This document shows, piece after piece, positions 1-8,801 of a stretch of 64,000 nt of DNA. The DNA is taken from NCBI GenBank assembly GCA_963677745.1, contig OY782391.1, forward strand, positions 448,001 to 512,000. Reading direction: 5' to 3'. Each line of letters starts with the position of its first letter. Positions within the stretch are counted from its first letter, which is position 1. Both the position numbers and the translations under genes were made by a program. The DNA is from Candidatus Altimarinota bacterium (GTDB lineage Bacteria; Patescibacteriota; Gracilibacteria; UBA1369). The notes under the pieces are model-generated. The model was not told the DNA's origin, made no database searches, and was given only the letters and a program-made list of their open reading frames with translations.

Positions 1-589
1 CCCCGTTCTTGAAGATGTAGTTAATATTCCAGGCTAAATAAAAAACCTCGCTGAACAGTGAATCCTTGTTTTTCAACAACTCCATCGGCGGAAAATTTTC
101 CCAGTGCGTCACCTCATCTTCAGTCAGACACCCCGACATGACATACAATAATGTAGCCAGCAGAGATGAAAAATTGCCCGGAAAACTATACCCGTGAGCC
201 ATCGGTAACTCAGTCAGACAATGGATCTTGCCCCCTCTGACCTGACCGTTGGTCATCTTGTGTAATTTCCGGTTAACATAATCCCCGACTTCCGAAATCG
301 GGAAGATCGCCCGTTTCAATGAACTGACTTCAAACCTCCCGTGGGCTGGTTGATATTGATACATATCACCAAACTCCAGAATCTGGCTACCGGTCGGTTC
401 AATACCGATATAAGTTTTAAAAGGTATTTTTTGGGCTATGGAAATTCCCCGGTATCGTTTAACAAAGTCCTCAATCCAGTTAAAAGAAAGACTGGTGGAA
501 AGAACAATGCTGCACTTTCCAAAAAACTCCTGATAATTTTCAGAAAAAGTCTGCTGCAACACGGCTGAATTTAGGGAAGTCCTTTCCAT
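1..589 (-). CDS. Partial CDS (runs off window edge), degenerate GHMP-kinase-fold protein
   Basis: Translated by hand; not in ORF track. ATG at 589, frame open to position 1: MERTSLNSAVLQQTFSENYQEFFGKCSIVLSTSLSFNWIEDFVKRYRGISIAQKIPFKTYIGIE...LTELPMAHGYSFPGNFSSLLA. Resembles GHMP motif 1 and the PxGxGLGSS loop, with substitutions. Confidence 0.7.
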   Translation of the reverse strand, partial: MERTSLNSAVLQQTFSENYQEFFGKCSIVLSTSLSFNWIEDFVKRYRGISIAQKIPFKTYIGIEPTGSQILEFGDMYQYQPAHGRFEVSSLKRAIFPISEVGDYVNRKLHKMTNGQVRGGKIHCLTELPMAHGYSFPGNFSSLLATLLYVMSGCLTEDEVTHWENFPPMELLKNKDSLFSEVFYLAWNINYIFKNG

Positions 590-677
590 AATTCCGTGCA
601 GTGAACGCTAATAATCTAATACCTATTTCTACAGGCTAAATGGTAATTATGCAATAGAATTCGTTTCCCGCATCATA

Positions 678-718
678 TTGCCAGCGCTTTTTTAGCACTG
701 TATAATCGCAGTTGCTAA
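678..718 (+). promoter_or_regulatory. sigma70 promoter with overlapping imperfect CIRCE (HrcA operator) upstream of hrcA
   Basis: TTGCCA(678)-17 nt-TATAAT(701); TTAGCACTG-N9-AGTTGCTAA at 692-718 versus consensus TTAGCACTC-N9-GAGTGCTAA. Confidence 0.8.
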
Positions 719-736
719 TTTAATTATCGATCCCCC

Positions 737-1450
737 ATGAAACTCGACCGCCGTCTGGAAGTACTTAAAGCAATCGTGCAGCATTTTGTGGAAACCGCCG
801 AACCGGTAGGATCCAATACCATTCTGGTTTCCTACAAGTTTCAGGTCAGCCCCGCCACCATCAGAAATGATATGGCCTCACTGGAAAAAGAAGGACTGAT
901 TTACCAGCCACACACCTCCTCCGGCCGCGTACCCACCGATCTGGGGTACCGCTTGTTTGTGGAAGAATTAAACGAGAACCAGGACGAAGTAAACAAGGAA
1001 GCCAAACTGGCCATCGCCCTCGGCCAGAAAGAATTACAGATGCATAAGGTGAAACAAAAAATCCACGATCTGGTTTCACTGCTCGCCCATGTCACTAACG
1101 TTGCCAGCTTTGCCACTGTTCCGGATAATCCGCGCACTTTTTACATCGGCCTTTCCAATATCATCCGCCAGCCGGAATTCGTCGCCGACATGAGCCGGGC
1201 CAGCCAGGTAATTGAGGTGTTTGAGCAGGGCGACCGTTTTGTAAATATTCTCAAAGGTCTGGATATCGACGAAAATATCAAATTTTTCATCGGCAAAGAG
1301 AACCTCATCCCCGAAATTCAAAGCTGCACTTTGATGGTGACTACTATTCAATATATGGGACATACCAGTATCATCGGGCTGCTGGCCCCTACCCGCACCA
1401 ATTACGCCTTCAACCGGGCCGTACTGGAACAAATTAAATCACTAATATAA
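737..1450 (+). CDS. hrcA: Heat-inducible transcription repressor HrcA (short form)
   Basis: wHTH motifs [35 protein letters not shown]; flanked by CIRCE, grpE and dnaK. Confidence 0.95.
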   Translation: MKLDRRLEVLKAIVQHFVETAEPVGSNTILVSYKFQVSPATIRNDMASLEKEGLIYQPHTSSGRVPTDLGYRLFVEELNENQDEVNKEAKLAIALGQKELQMHKVKQKIHDLVSLLAHVTNVASFATVPDNPRTFYIGLSNIIRQPEFVADMSRASQVIEVFEQGDRFVNILKGLDIDENIKFFIGKENLIPEIQSCTLMVTTIQYMGHTSIIGLLAPTRTNYAFNRAVLEQIKSLI

Positions 1451-1462
1451 ATTTTTCTAATC

Positions 1463-2068
1463 ATGACTGACGAAAACACTGCCTCCACCGCAGGAGACGA
1501 TAACAATGTCGCGACCACCGCTAATCCCGCCACAGCAGGCAACGGCGACCAGGACTTCTCCGCCCTGCAAAACGAACTGGAAGACACCAAAAACAAACTG
1601 GACGACCTGACCCGGATCAGTCAGCACGCGCTGGCCGATCTGCAAAATTTTAAAAAACGCAGCGAGGAAGAAAAGGCCAAATTCATCGTTTTTGCCAACT
1701 CCCTGTTAATTACAGAACTCCTGCCGGTTCTGGACAATATCGACCGGGCCATCGTCCACCTGCCGGAAGACCCTGCCGCCAAGGAATGGGCTAATGGCAT
1801 CATCGCCATTCTCAAACAACTGGAAGAAACTCTCAAGAAACAGGGTCTGGAAAAAATTGTCACAGAAAACCTGCCCTTCGACCCCAATTTTCATGAAGCC
1901 GTGATGACCCGGCCCGGAGAAAAAGACCTGATCCTCCAGGAAATGGAAAAAGGCTACAAAATCCAGGACCGCGTTTTACGCCGATCCAAAGTTATCGTAG
2001 GTAACGGTGAATCCCCTGCCGCCCCCAACCTCACCACCCAGTCCGCCGCAGCCGGCAGCCCCAAATAA
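1463..2068 (+). CDS. grpE: Nucleotide exchange factor GrpE
   Basis: ADLQNFKKR, LLPVLDNIDRA, FDPNFHEAV, KGYKIQDRVLR motifs. Confidence 0.97.
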   Translation: MTDENTASTAGDDNNVATTANPATAGNGDQDFSALQNELEDTKNKLDDLTRISQHALADLQNFKKRSEEEKAKFIVFANSLLITELLPVLDNIDRAIVHLPEDPAAKEWANGIIAILKQLEETLKKQGLEKIVTENLPFDPNFHEAVMTRPGEKDLILQEMEKGYKIQDRVLRRSKVIVGNGESPAAPNLTTQSAAAGSPK

Positions 2069-2071
2069 TAA

Positions 2072-2112
2072 TTGACAATTAAAAACTGGCACTCTATAAT
2101 TAAGAGTGCTAA
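2072..2112 (+). promoter_or_regulatory. Consensus sigma70 promoter with CIRCE upstream of dnaK
   Basis: TTGACA(2072)-17 nt-TATAAT(2095); CTGGCACTC-TATAATTAA-GAGTGCTAA at 2086-2112. Confidence 0.92.
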
Positions 2113-2161
2113 TAACAGATATACGAAGCCAACAAAGTAAAAAATTAATTTAATAAATTTT

Positions 2162-4126
2162 ATGTCTAAAATCATTGGAATCGATCTTGGAACAACCAAC
2201 TCCTGCGTAGCTGTAATGGAAGGCGCCGATGCCGTCGTTATCTCCAGCGTGGAAGGCGACCGCACCACTCCCTCCGTTGTTGCCATTAAAAACGGGGAAA
2301 GACTGGTAGGCACCATCGCCAAAGCACAGTCGATCACCAATCCGAAAAACACCATTTATTCGTCCAAAAGATTTATCGGACGACAGTTCAGCGAGGTCGG
2401 AGACGAAACCAAAAGAGTCTCCTTTGAAGTAATCAAAGGCAAAGGAGGTGAAGCCGAAATAATGCTTGACGGCAAACCGCGCGTCCCAGCAGAAATTGCC
2501 GCCATGGTTCTGCAAAAACTCAAAGCCGACGCCGAAGCCTACCTGGGAGAACCCGTCACCGAAGCCGTAATCACCGTCCCGGCTTATTTCAACGATTCTC
2601 AGAGACAGGCCACCAAAGATGCCGGTAAAATTGCCGGACTGGACGTAAAAAGAATCATTAATGAACCAACGGCCGCCGCCCTGGCCTACGGTATGGACAA
2701 GAAAGGGCAGAATAAAAAAATTGCCGTGTTCGATCTGGGCGGCGGCACCTTCGACATTTCCATTCTGGAACTGGGTGACGGAGTATTTGAAGTATTGTCG
2801 ACCAACGGGGACACCCACCTGGGCGGCGACGATTTCGACGCCAAAATTATGGACTGGATCATTGCCGAATATAAAAAGGAAAAAGGCGGAGATTTGTCCA
2901 AAGACCCGATCGCCCTGCAGAGAATCAAGAACGCCGCCGAAAAAGCCAAATGTGCCCTCTCCACCCAGCACGAAGTAGAAATCAGTGAACCTTTCATCAC
3001 TATGGACGCTTCCGGCACACCCCAGCATCTGAATTTAAAATTAACCAGAGCCAAACTGGAAGATCTGGTGGCCGATCTGGTGGAACGTTGTGCGGGACCC
3101 TGCAAAAAAGCCATGGACGACGCCAAAGTATATGCTTCCGATCTGGATGAGATAGTTCTGGTTGGCGGAGCCACCAGAGCCCCGGCAGTACAGGCCAAAG
3201 TAAAAGAATTGTTCGGTAAAGATCCTCACCGCGGAGTAAATCCGGATGAAGTAGTGGCGCTGGGAGCCGCCATCCAGGGCGGAGTACTGCAGGGCGACGT
3301 CAAGAACGTAATTTTGCTGGACGTCACTCCCCTTTCCCTGGGTATTGAGACACTGGGCGGAGTCAGCACTAAACTGATTGATCGCAACACCACCATCCCA
3401 ACCAGCAAATCACAGGTTTTTTCAACCGCCTCCGACAGCCAGCCGGCTGTGGAAATTCACGTATTGCAGGGCGAACGCCATCTGGCCGCCGATAATAAAT
3501 CTCTGGGTAAATTTGTTCTGGACGGAATTCCACCGGCTCCGCGCGGGGTGCCTCAGGTTGAAGTAACCTTCGACATCGACGCCAACGGTATTTTGAACGT
3601 CAAAGCCACCGATAAAGCCACCAGCAAGGTTCAGCACATTACCATCACCGGTTCCTCCAACATTTCCAATGAGGAAATTGAAAGGATGAAGAAAGAGGCC
3701 GAACTACACGCCGAGGAAGACAAGAAGAAAAAAGACTACATCGAAGCCAGAAATCATGCCGAAGGTCTGATCCTTCAGTCTGAAAAAACCATTAAGGAAG
3801 CCGGTGACAAAGTTCCCGAAGACCAGAAAAAACCGGTACAGGAAAAAGTTGATGCCCTCAAAAAAATTCTGGAAAACCACGAAGCCAAAATCGAGGAAAT
3901 CACCAAAGGTACCGAAGATCTTTCCGAAACCATTCAGAAACTGGGAGCTGCCCTCTATCAGCAGGCCCCCGGCACAGGAGCTCCGGGCTCTACTCCGGAC
4001 GATGGTGTCCGCGTAAAAGAAGATCAGCACACCGATGGTACAGCTGAAGGTGCTTCCAACTCCTCTTCCGACAACGTCACCGAAGGAGAAATTGTGGAAG
4101 AAAAGAAAGACGAGGACAAAAAATAA
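2162..4126 (+). CDS. dnaK: Chaperone DnaK (Hsp70)
   Basis: [38 protein letters not shown]. Confidence 0.99.
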   Translation: MSKIIGIDLGTTNSCVAVMEGADAVVISSVEGDRTTPSVVAIKNGERLVGTIAKAQSITNPKNTIYSSKRFIGRQFSEVGDETKRVSFEVIKGKGGEAEIMLDGKPRVPAEIAAMVLQKLKADAEAYLGEPVTEAVITVPAYFNDSQRQATKDAGKIAGLDVKRIINEPTAAALAYGMDKKGQNKKIAVFDLGGGTFDISILELGDGVFEVLSTNGDTHLGGDDFDAKIMDWIIAEYKKEKGGDLSKDPIALQRIKNAAEKAKCALSTQHEVEISEPFITMDASGTPQHLNLKLTRAKLEDLVADLVERCAGPCKKAMDDAKVYASDLDEIVLVGGATRAPAVQAKVKELFGKDPHRGVNPDEVVALGAAIQGGVLQGDVKNVILLDVTPLSLGIETLGGVSTKLIDRNTTIPTSKSQVFSTASDSQPAVEIHVLQGERHLAADNKSLGKFVLDGIPPAPRGVPQVEVTFDIDANGILNVKATDKATSKVQHITITGSSNISNEEIERMKKEAELHAEEDKKKKDYIEARNHAEGLILQSEKTIKEAGDKVPEDQKKPVQEKVDALKKILENHEAKIEEITKGTEDLSETIQKLGAALYQQAPGTGAPGSTPDDGVRVKEDQHTDGTAEGASNSSSDNVTEGEIVEEKKDEDKK

Positions 4127-4136
4127 CCCTTTCCCC

Positions 4137-4367
4137 ATGTCTGAAGAGACGCCCAATCCCAAATATAAAATTGGGGACATTGTTGTCGTAAACCGTAAAT
4201 CCGGAACAGAACACAAAGCAGCCCAAGCTAAAATAGTCAAAGCCCTGTACAACCAGCAGGGAAATGAACAGTGGTATTATTATGTGGAAATATTCAGTCT
4301 GAGAACCGGACGACCCGAAGTCGACTCCCAGGCTTATTCAGAAACGGAAATAATTTCCAGAGCCTGA
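4137..4367 (+). CDS. Small hypothetical protein (76 aa), probable SH3-like beta-barrel
   Basis: ATG 10 nt after the dnaK stop; pattern PKYKIGDIVVV...WYYYVE...AYSETEI. Confidence 0.65.
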   Translation: MSEETPNPKYKIGDIVVVNRKSGTEHKAAQAKIVKALYNQQGNEQWYYYVEIFSLRTGRPEVDSQAYSETEIISRA

Positions 4368-4453
4368 ATTAAAACCTCAATTATTCAAAAATAATAGCAT
4401 CATTGCCCTGTTTTGTGTTATAAATTTCACGCACTAGAAGTTATACAAAATTT

Positions 4454-5731
4454 ATGCTCGACCTCAAAGCTCTCCGCGAAGACACAGCCGCCTGCAAACA
4501 AGCCCTTGCTAAAAAAAGAGTATCCCCCGAAAGCGTCGACAGAATGCTCACACTGGATGAGGAAAAAAGACAAATTCAAACCCAGCTGGAAAATTTGCAG
4601 GCCGAACACAACCGCCGGGCCGAAGCCATCTCCACCGCCACTCCCGCCGACCGCCCTAAAATGGTCGAGGAAAGCAAAGCCCTCAAAGACAAATTCAAAT
4701 TTCTGGAACCCACTTTGCTCAAGCTGGGAAACGAACTGAATGAACTGCTTTTCACTACCCCCAATCTGGCCCACGATTCGGTACCGGAAGGAAACAACGA
4801 AGATGATAACGTGGAAATCAGCCGCTGGGGCACTCCTCCGGACATCAAAAATCCCCAGGACCATGTAGCCCTGGCCACCAGACTGGACATTCTGGATCTG
4901 GACCGCGCCGCCAAAATTGCCGGTGCCAGATTTTCCGTCCTAAAAGGCTATGGTGCCAAACTGGAAAGAGCTTTGGGGGCCTTCATGCTGGACACTCAGA
5001 CCAAAGCCGGTTACCAGGAGGTTATCCCACCTTATCTCGTCAACCCCGAATCAATGTTCGGAACGGGACAGCTGCCCAAATTCGAGGAAGATCTTTTTAA
5101 AGTGCCTTTTGGCGACGACAAACTTTACCTCATCCCCACGGCCGAGGTGCCGGTTACCAATCTCTATCGCGATGAAATCCTGGATGAAACCATTCTCCCC
5201 CTGCGCCATTGTGCCCTAACTCCCTGTTTCCGCAGCGAAGCGGGCAGTGCCGGCAAAGATACCAAAGGTATTATCCGCCAGCATCAATTCCACAAAGTGG
5301 AACTGGTCAGTTTCTGCAAACCCGATCAGGCCGAACAGGAACTGGAAAGATTGACCGGCCATGCCGAGGCAGTTTTACAGGCTCTGGAACTCCCCTACCG
5401 CAAAATCGTTCTTTGTGGCGGAGATATGGGCTTCAGCGCACACAAAACTTATGATCTGGAAGTCTGGATTCCCTCCCAAAATACATACCGGGAAATCAGC
5501 TCCTGCTCATGGTTCAGCAATTTCCAGGCCCGCAGAGCCTCCATCCGCTATAAAGGTGAATCAACCGGCGGAAAAACCCAGCTGGTCCACACCCTCAACG
5601 GCTCGGGATTGGCTGTGGGACGCACTTGGGTGGCAGTTATCGAGAATTATCAACAGCCGGACGGCAGCATCACAATACCGAAAGTACTCCAGCCCTACCT
5701 GCACGGACTGGAAAAAATCACTTCCCTCTAA
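4454..5731 (+). CDS. serS: Seryl-tRNA synthetase
   Basis: N-terminal coiled coil; [38 protein letters not shown]. Confidence 0.99.
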   Translation: MLDLKALREDTAACKQALAKKRVSPESVDRMLTLDEEKRQIQTQLENLQAEHNRRAEAISTATPADRPKMVEESKALKDKFKFLEPTLLKLGNELNELLFTTPNLAHDSVPEGNNEDDNVEISRWGTPPDIKNPQDHVALATRLDILDLDRAAKIAGARFSVLKGYGAKLERALGAFMLDTQTKAGYQEVIPPYLVNPESMFGTGQLPKFEEDLFKVPFGDDKLYLIPTAEVPVTNLYRDEILDETILPLRHCALTPCFRSEAGSAGKDTKGIIRQHQFHKVELVSFCKPDQAEQELERLTGHAEAVLQALELPYRKIVLCGGDMGFSAHKTYDLEVWIPSQNTYREISSCSWFSNFQARRASIRYKGESTGGKTQLVHTLNGSGLAVGRTWVAVIENYQQPDGSITIPKVLQPYLHGLEKITSL

Positions 5732-5784
5732 ACTTTCCTCAGAAAAAATGCTAAAATATAATTAGACAATCAACAAAAACAAAC

Positions 5785-6558
5785 ATGCTTGCAATTTGTT
5801 CAGACAGTCTCAAGGGGTACGGCCTAAACCGCATTTTCAAGTTGGTCAAGGAAGCCGGTTTTGACGGCCTGGATCTGAATATCGATCCAAAAAACTTCGA
5901 CACCCAGAACGCCGAATACGTAAAAACACTGGTCGATCAGTATCAGTTACCGGTTCTGGCACTTTCCACCCCTATCACCAGTTCCGCCAAAAAAATCCAG
6001 GGAGCAGTGGATATGGCCAAAACACTCGGTACCAAAGTAATTGTCATCCAGCCCCCCAAGATTTTTGATTTTCAATATTCGACCTGGCTCAAAAACGAAA
6101 TCCCCAAGATCAGACAACGTGAAAACATCTCCATTGCGCTGGAAAACGCCCCCTCGGAAACTTTCCTGGGAATTATTCCGGAGCATTCCATGAACAATGT
6201 GATCGACCTGAAAAAATTCAAACATGTCTGTGTCGACACCACCCGCGTGGCCACCAGAAAAGAAGACCTGATCCGCATTTATAAAGCCCTCAAGCCTTAC
6301 CTGGTCCATGTCCACCTCAGCAACCTCAAAAGCGGTACTCCTTACAGCCTGCCGGATACCGGTATTCTGCCCATCGAGAGTTTTCTGACCAAACTGAAAC
6401 AGGACGGTTTCCCGGGTACCATTTCCATGAAAATCAATCCGAAATTTTTGGATCTGGAGGACCTCAACAAACTCAAAAAACATCTGGATGATCTGCTGAA
6501 GTTCTACACCACCTACTTCACCAATATCAAAACCCTAAAATCAACCGAGTCAGCGTGA
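5785..6558 (+). CDS. Xylose-isomerase-like / AP endonuclease 2 TIM-barrel protein with degenerate metal ligands
   Basis: AGFDGLDL, IALENAP, VCVDTT, HVHLSN, LPDTGILPI pattern. Confidence 0.8.
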   Translation: MLAICSDSLKGYGLNRIFKLVKEAGFDGLDLNIDPKNFDTQNAEYVKTLVDQYQLPVLALSTPITSSAKKIQGAVDMAKTLGTKVIVIQPPKIFDFQYSTWLKNEIPKIRQRENISIALENAPSETFLGIIPEHSMNNVIDLKKFKHVCVDTTRVATRKEDLIRIYKALKPYLVHVHLSNLKSGTPYSLPDTGILPIESFLTKLKQDGFPGTISMKINPKFLDLEDLNKLKKHLDDLLKFYTTYFTNIKTLKSTESA

Positions 6559-7265
6559 AAAACCTGATCGAACTTTCCGGCGTCGGTAAAATTTATCACC
6601 TGGGACGGGAAAAAATCCCCGCTTTGAAGGACATTGACCTGTCCATCCGGAAAGGCGAATTTTTAAGTATTATCGGGCCATCCGGTTCCGGCAAATCCAC
6701 CCTGTTGCATCTGATCGGTCTGATGGACAAACCCGACCACGGCAATATTATTTTTGAGGAAAACGATACAAAAAAACTGAACGAATCGGAGCTGGCCAGG
6801 TTCCGCTCGGAAAAAATCGGTTTTGTCTTTCAGGATTTCAATCTGATGGAAGACCTGACCCTGGAAGATAACATCGCCTTGCCCTTACTGATCCAATCGG
6901 GCAAAAACAGTCTCTCTGACATCGAAAACAAAAGACTGAAGTTTTTTCTGCAAAAAATGGATCTGGAAAACCGCAAAAAACACAAACCGCGACAGGTTTC
7001 CGGCGGACAGAAACAGCGCGCGGCCATAGCCCGCGCGCTGATCACGTCCCCTTCCCTGCTCCTGGCCGACGAACCGACCGGCAATCTGGACCCGCACACC
7101 GGCCATCAGATCATCGAATTGCTGCAGGCGCTGTGCCGTGACAACCAGACCACCATGATCATAGTCACCCATGACCAGCAGGTCGCCGATCGGGCCGACC
7201 GGCTGATCCAGCTGAGCGAAGGCCGCATCAGTTCACATTTATCCGCCAAAAAATATCTCGGTTAA
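6555..7265 (+). CDS. ABC transporter ATP-binding protein (LolD/MacB-like)
   Basis: [36 protein letters not shown]; GTGA overlap with the upstream gene. Confidence 0.95.
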   Translation: MKNLIELSGVGKIYHLGREKIPALKDIDLSIRKGEFLSIIGPSGSGKSTLLHLIGLMDKPDHGNIIFEENDTKKLNESELARFRSEKIGFVFQDFNLMEDLTLEDNIALPLLIQSGKNSLSDIENKRLKFFLQKMDLENRKKHKPRQVSGGQKQRAAIARALITSPSLLLADEPTGNLDPHTGHQIIELLQALCRDNQTTMIIVTHDQQVADRADRLIQLSEGRISSHLSAKKYLG

Positions 7266-8533
7266 TGTACATCAAACTAATTAAAAGCAGCTGGAAAGCC
7301 GAACCAAGGAAAATTATCCTGATGTTTTCCGCGCTGACACTGGGACTGGTACTGATCACCCTGCTGTCCGCCCTCAACAGCGGACTGAAAAATTTCTTTT
7401 TTGCGGAAAGCCAGCAGGAAAAGATTCTCCGCGAATTGAATGTTAAAACCAAAAGCCAAACCCTGGGACTAAGCCTGGTTAACCTGATTCCGCATGCTGA
7501 ACTGACCACCGCCACCCTCGATCAGATCAAAAAGATACCCGGTGTGGCGGAAGTTCTTCCCACCAATACCATCAGCGGCATTTCCTCTTTGCAGATCGGC
7601 ATCCTGGGACAGTGGTTTCAAACCGACGCTCTATTATATGGGGCAGGTTATGAACTTCTGGACAGTAAAACCGTCACGGCCAACGCCTGGAACAATTATC
7701 AGGAACCTTACCCCGCTGTAGTTTCGTCCAAACTGATCGATCTCTATAATTTTTCTTTCGCCAATGCCAACAACCTGCCCCAGTTGACCGAAGAAAATTT
7801 TCTGGGTTCGGAAGTCAGAGTCCTGCTCAATCAATCCACCTTCTTTGCCGCCAATACAGGAGAGGTAAAGGAACTGCGGGCCAAAATTATCGGATTCTCT
7901 CCCAACGTAAAATTAATCGGCCTGACACTGCCGCTACCGGCCATCGAAAGAATCAACCGTGACTTCCTCAACAAAAACGACTCCTACTTCCTGGACGCAA
8001 CCGTCCGGGTCAAGTCCCCCAAAGAACTCAGTGCGGTAAAAAGCCGCCTGGAAGAATTGGGACTGGATGTGAAAACCGCCGAATCAAGTCTCAAGTCACT
8101 GGAAAAACTGTTTTTTCTGACTGATCTGGCCCTCAATATTTTCCTGGCAATCATGATCATCATGGCCGGCCTGTTGATCTCATCAACTTTCCTGGCCAAA
8201 ATTGCTGAAAAAAGCAGGGAAATTGCCATTCTCAAAACACTGGGAATGACCGGACCAAGAATTTCACTTCTTTATCTGCTGGAAGCGGCTCTGGTAGGAC
8301 TGGGGGCCAGCATCGCCGGAATCATCCTGGCCTATTTAATCTCCCTGCCCCTGGAATCTTTGATCGCCTATTCGGTAAAAACTCTCATCAATAAACCCGA
8401 AAGATTTTTCCAGTTCAGTCCGGGACAAAATTTATTGTTAATTTTATTCGCGGTTTTAATATCCTGCCTGTTCGCCTATTTTCCCTCTCGCAAAGCGGCA
8501 AAACTCGATCCGATAGAAATCCTGGCCAGGTGA
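7265..8533 (+). CDS. ABC transporter permease (MacB/FtsX family)
   Basis: One N-terminal TM, large extracytoplasmic loop, three C-terminal TMs; EKSREIAILKTLG and PSRKAAKLDPIEIL. Confidence 0.9.
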   Translation: MYIKLIKSSWKAEPRKIILMFSALTLGLVLITLLSALNSGLKNFFFAESQQEKILRELNVKTKSQTLGLSLVNLIPHAELTTATLDQIKKIPGVAEVLPTNTISGISSLQIGILGQWFQTDALLYGAGYELLDSKTVTANAWNNYQEPYPAVVSSKLIDLYNFSFANANNLPQLTEENFLGSEVRVLLNQSTFFAANTGEVKELRAKIIGFSPNVKLIGLTLPLPAIERINRDFLNKNDSYFLDATVRVKSPKELSAVKSRLEELGLDVKTAESSLKSLEKLFFLTDLALNIFLAIMIIMAGLLISSTFLAKIAEKSREIAILKTLGMTGPRISLLYLLEAALVGLGASIAGIILAYLISLPLESLIAYSVKTLINKPERFFQFSPGQNLLLILFAVLISCLFAYFPSRKAAKLDPIEILAR

Positions 8534-8591
8534 ATGGATAATCACTATTCGATCAAGTCAAGTTGTTTTTGTAGTGCATCCGATAAATGTT

Positions 8592-8619
8592 TTGACAACC
8601 GGACCGTGGTACCTATACT
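8592..8619 (+). promoter_or_regulatory. sigma70 promoter of rpoB-ssb-rpoC
   Basis: TTGACA(8592)-16 nt-TATACT(8614). Confidence 0.7.
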
Positions 8620-8638
8620 GGCGCTAGGCTGTCAGAGA

Positions 8639-8770
8639 AGTATCAGGAGTTGATTTTACTTACAACCAAGGCAACTGATCATTGCTGAAGTTTATCACCC
8701 TGCGATACTGTCGATTGCGTTGTTGAAGATAGCAATACCATCATACGGAGAGACTCTCCCGATTATGGTA
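8639..8770 (+). ncRNA. Candidate structured 5' leader RNA of rpoB
   Basis: Nested pairings AGTATC/GATACT, AGG/CCT, TGAT/ATCA, ACTT/AAGT, GCAA/TTGC (8639-8709); then hairpins ATTGC/GCAAT and TACCAT..GGAGA/TCTCC..ATGGTA. Confidence 0.5.
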
Positions 8771-8801
8771 ATTGTCCCAGTATATTCATTATTTCAAGAA
8801 T

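Noticed and set aside
341-568. 75-aa + strand ORF
   Set aside because: Lies antisense within the longer - strand GHMP-like frame (589 to <1).
2150-3028. 292-aa ORF antisense to dnaK
   Set aside because: Well-known shadow ORF opposite hsp70 genes caused by codon bias; no independent start signals.
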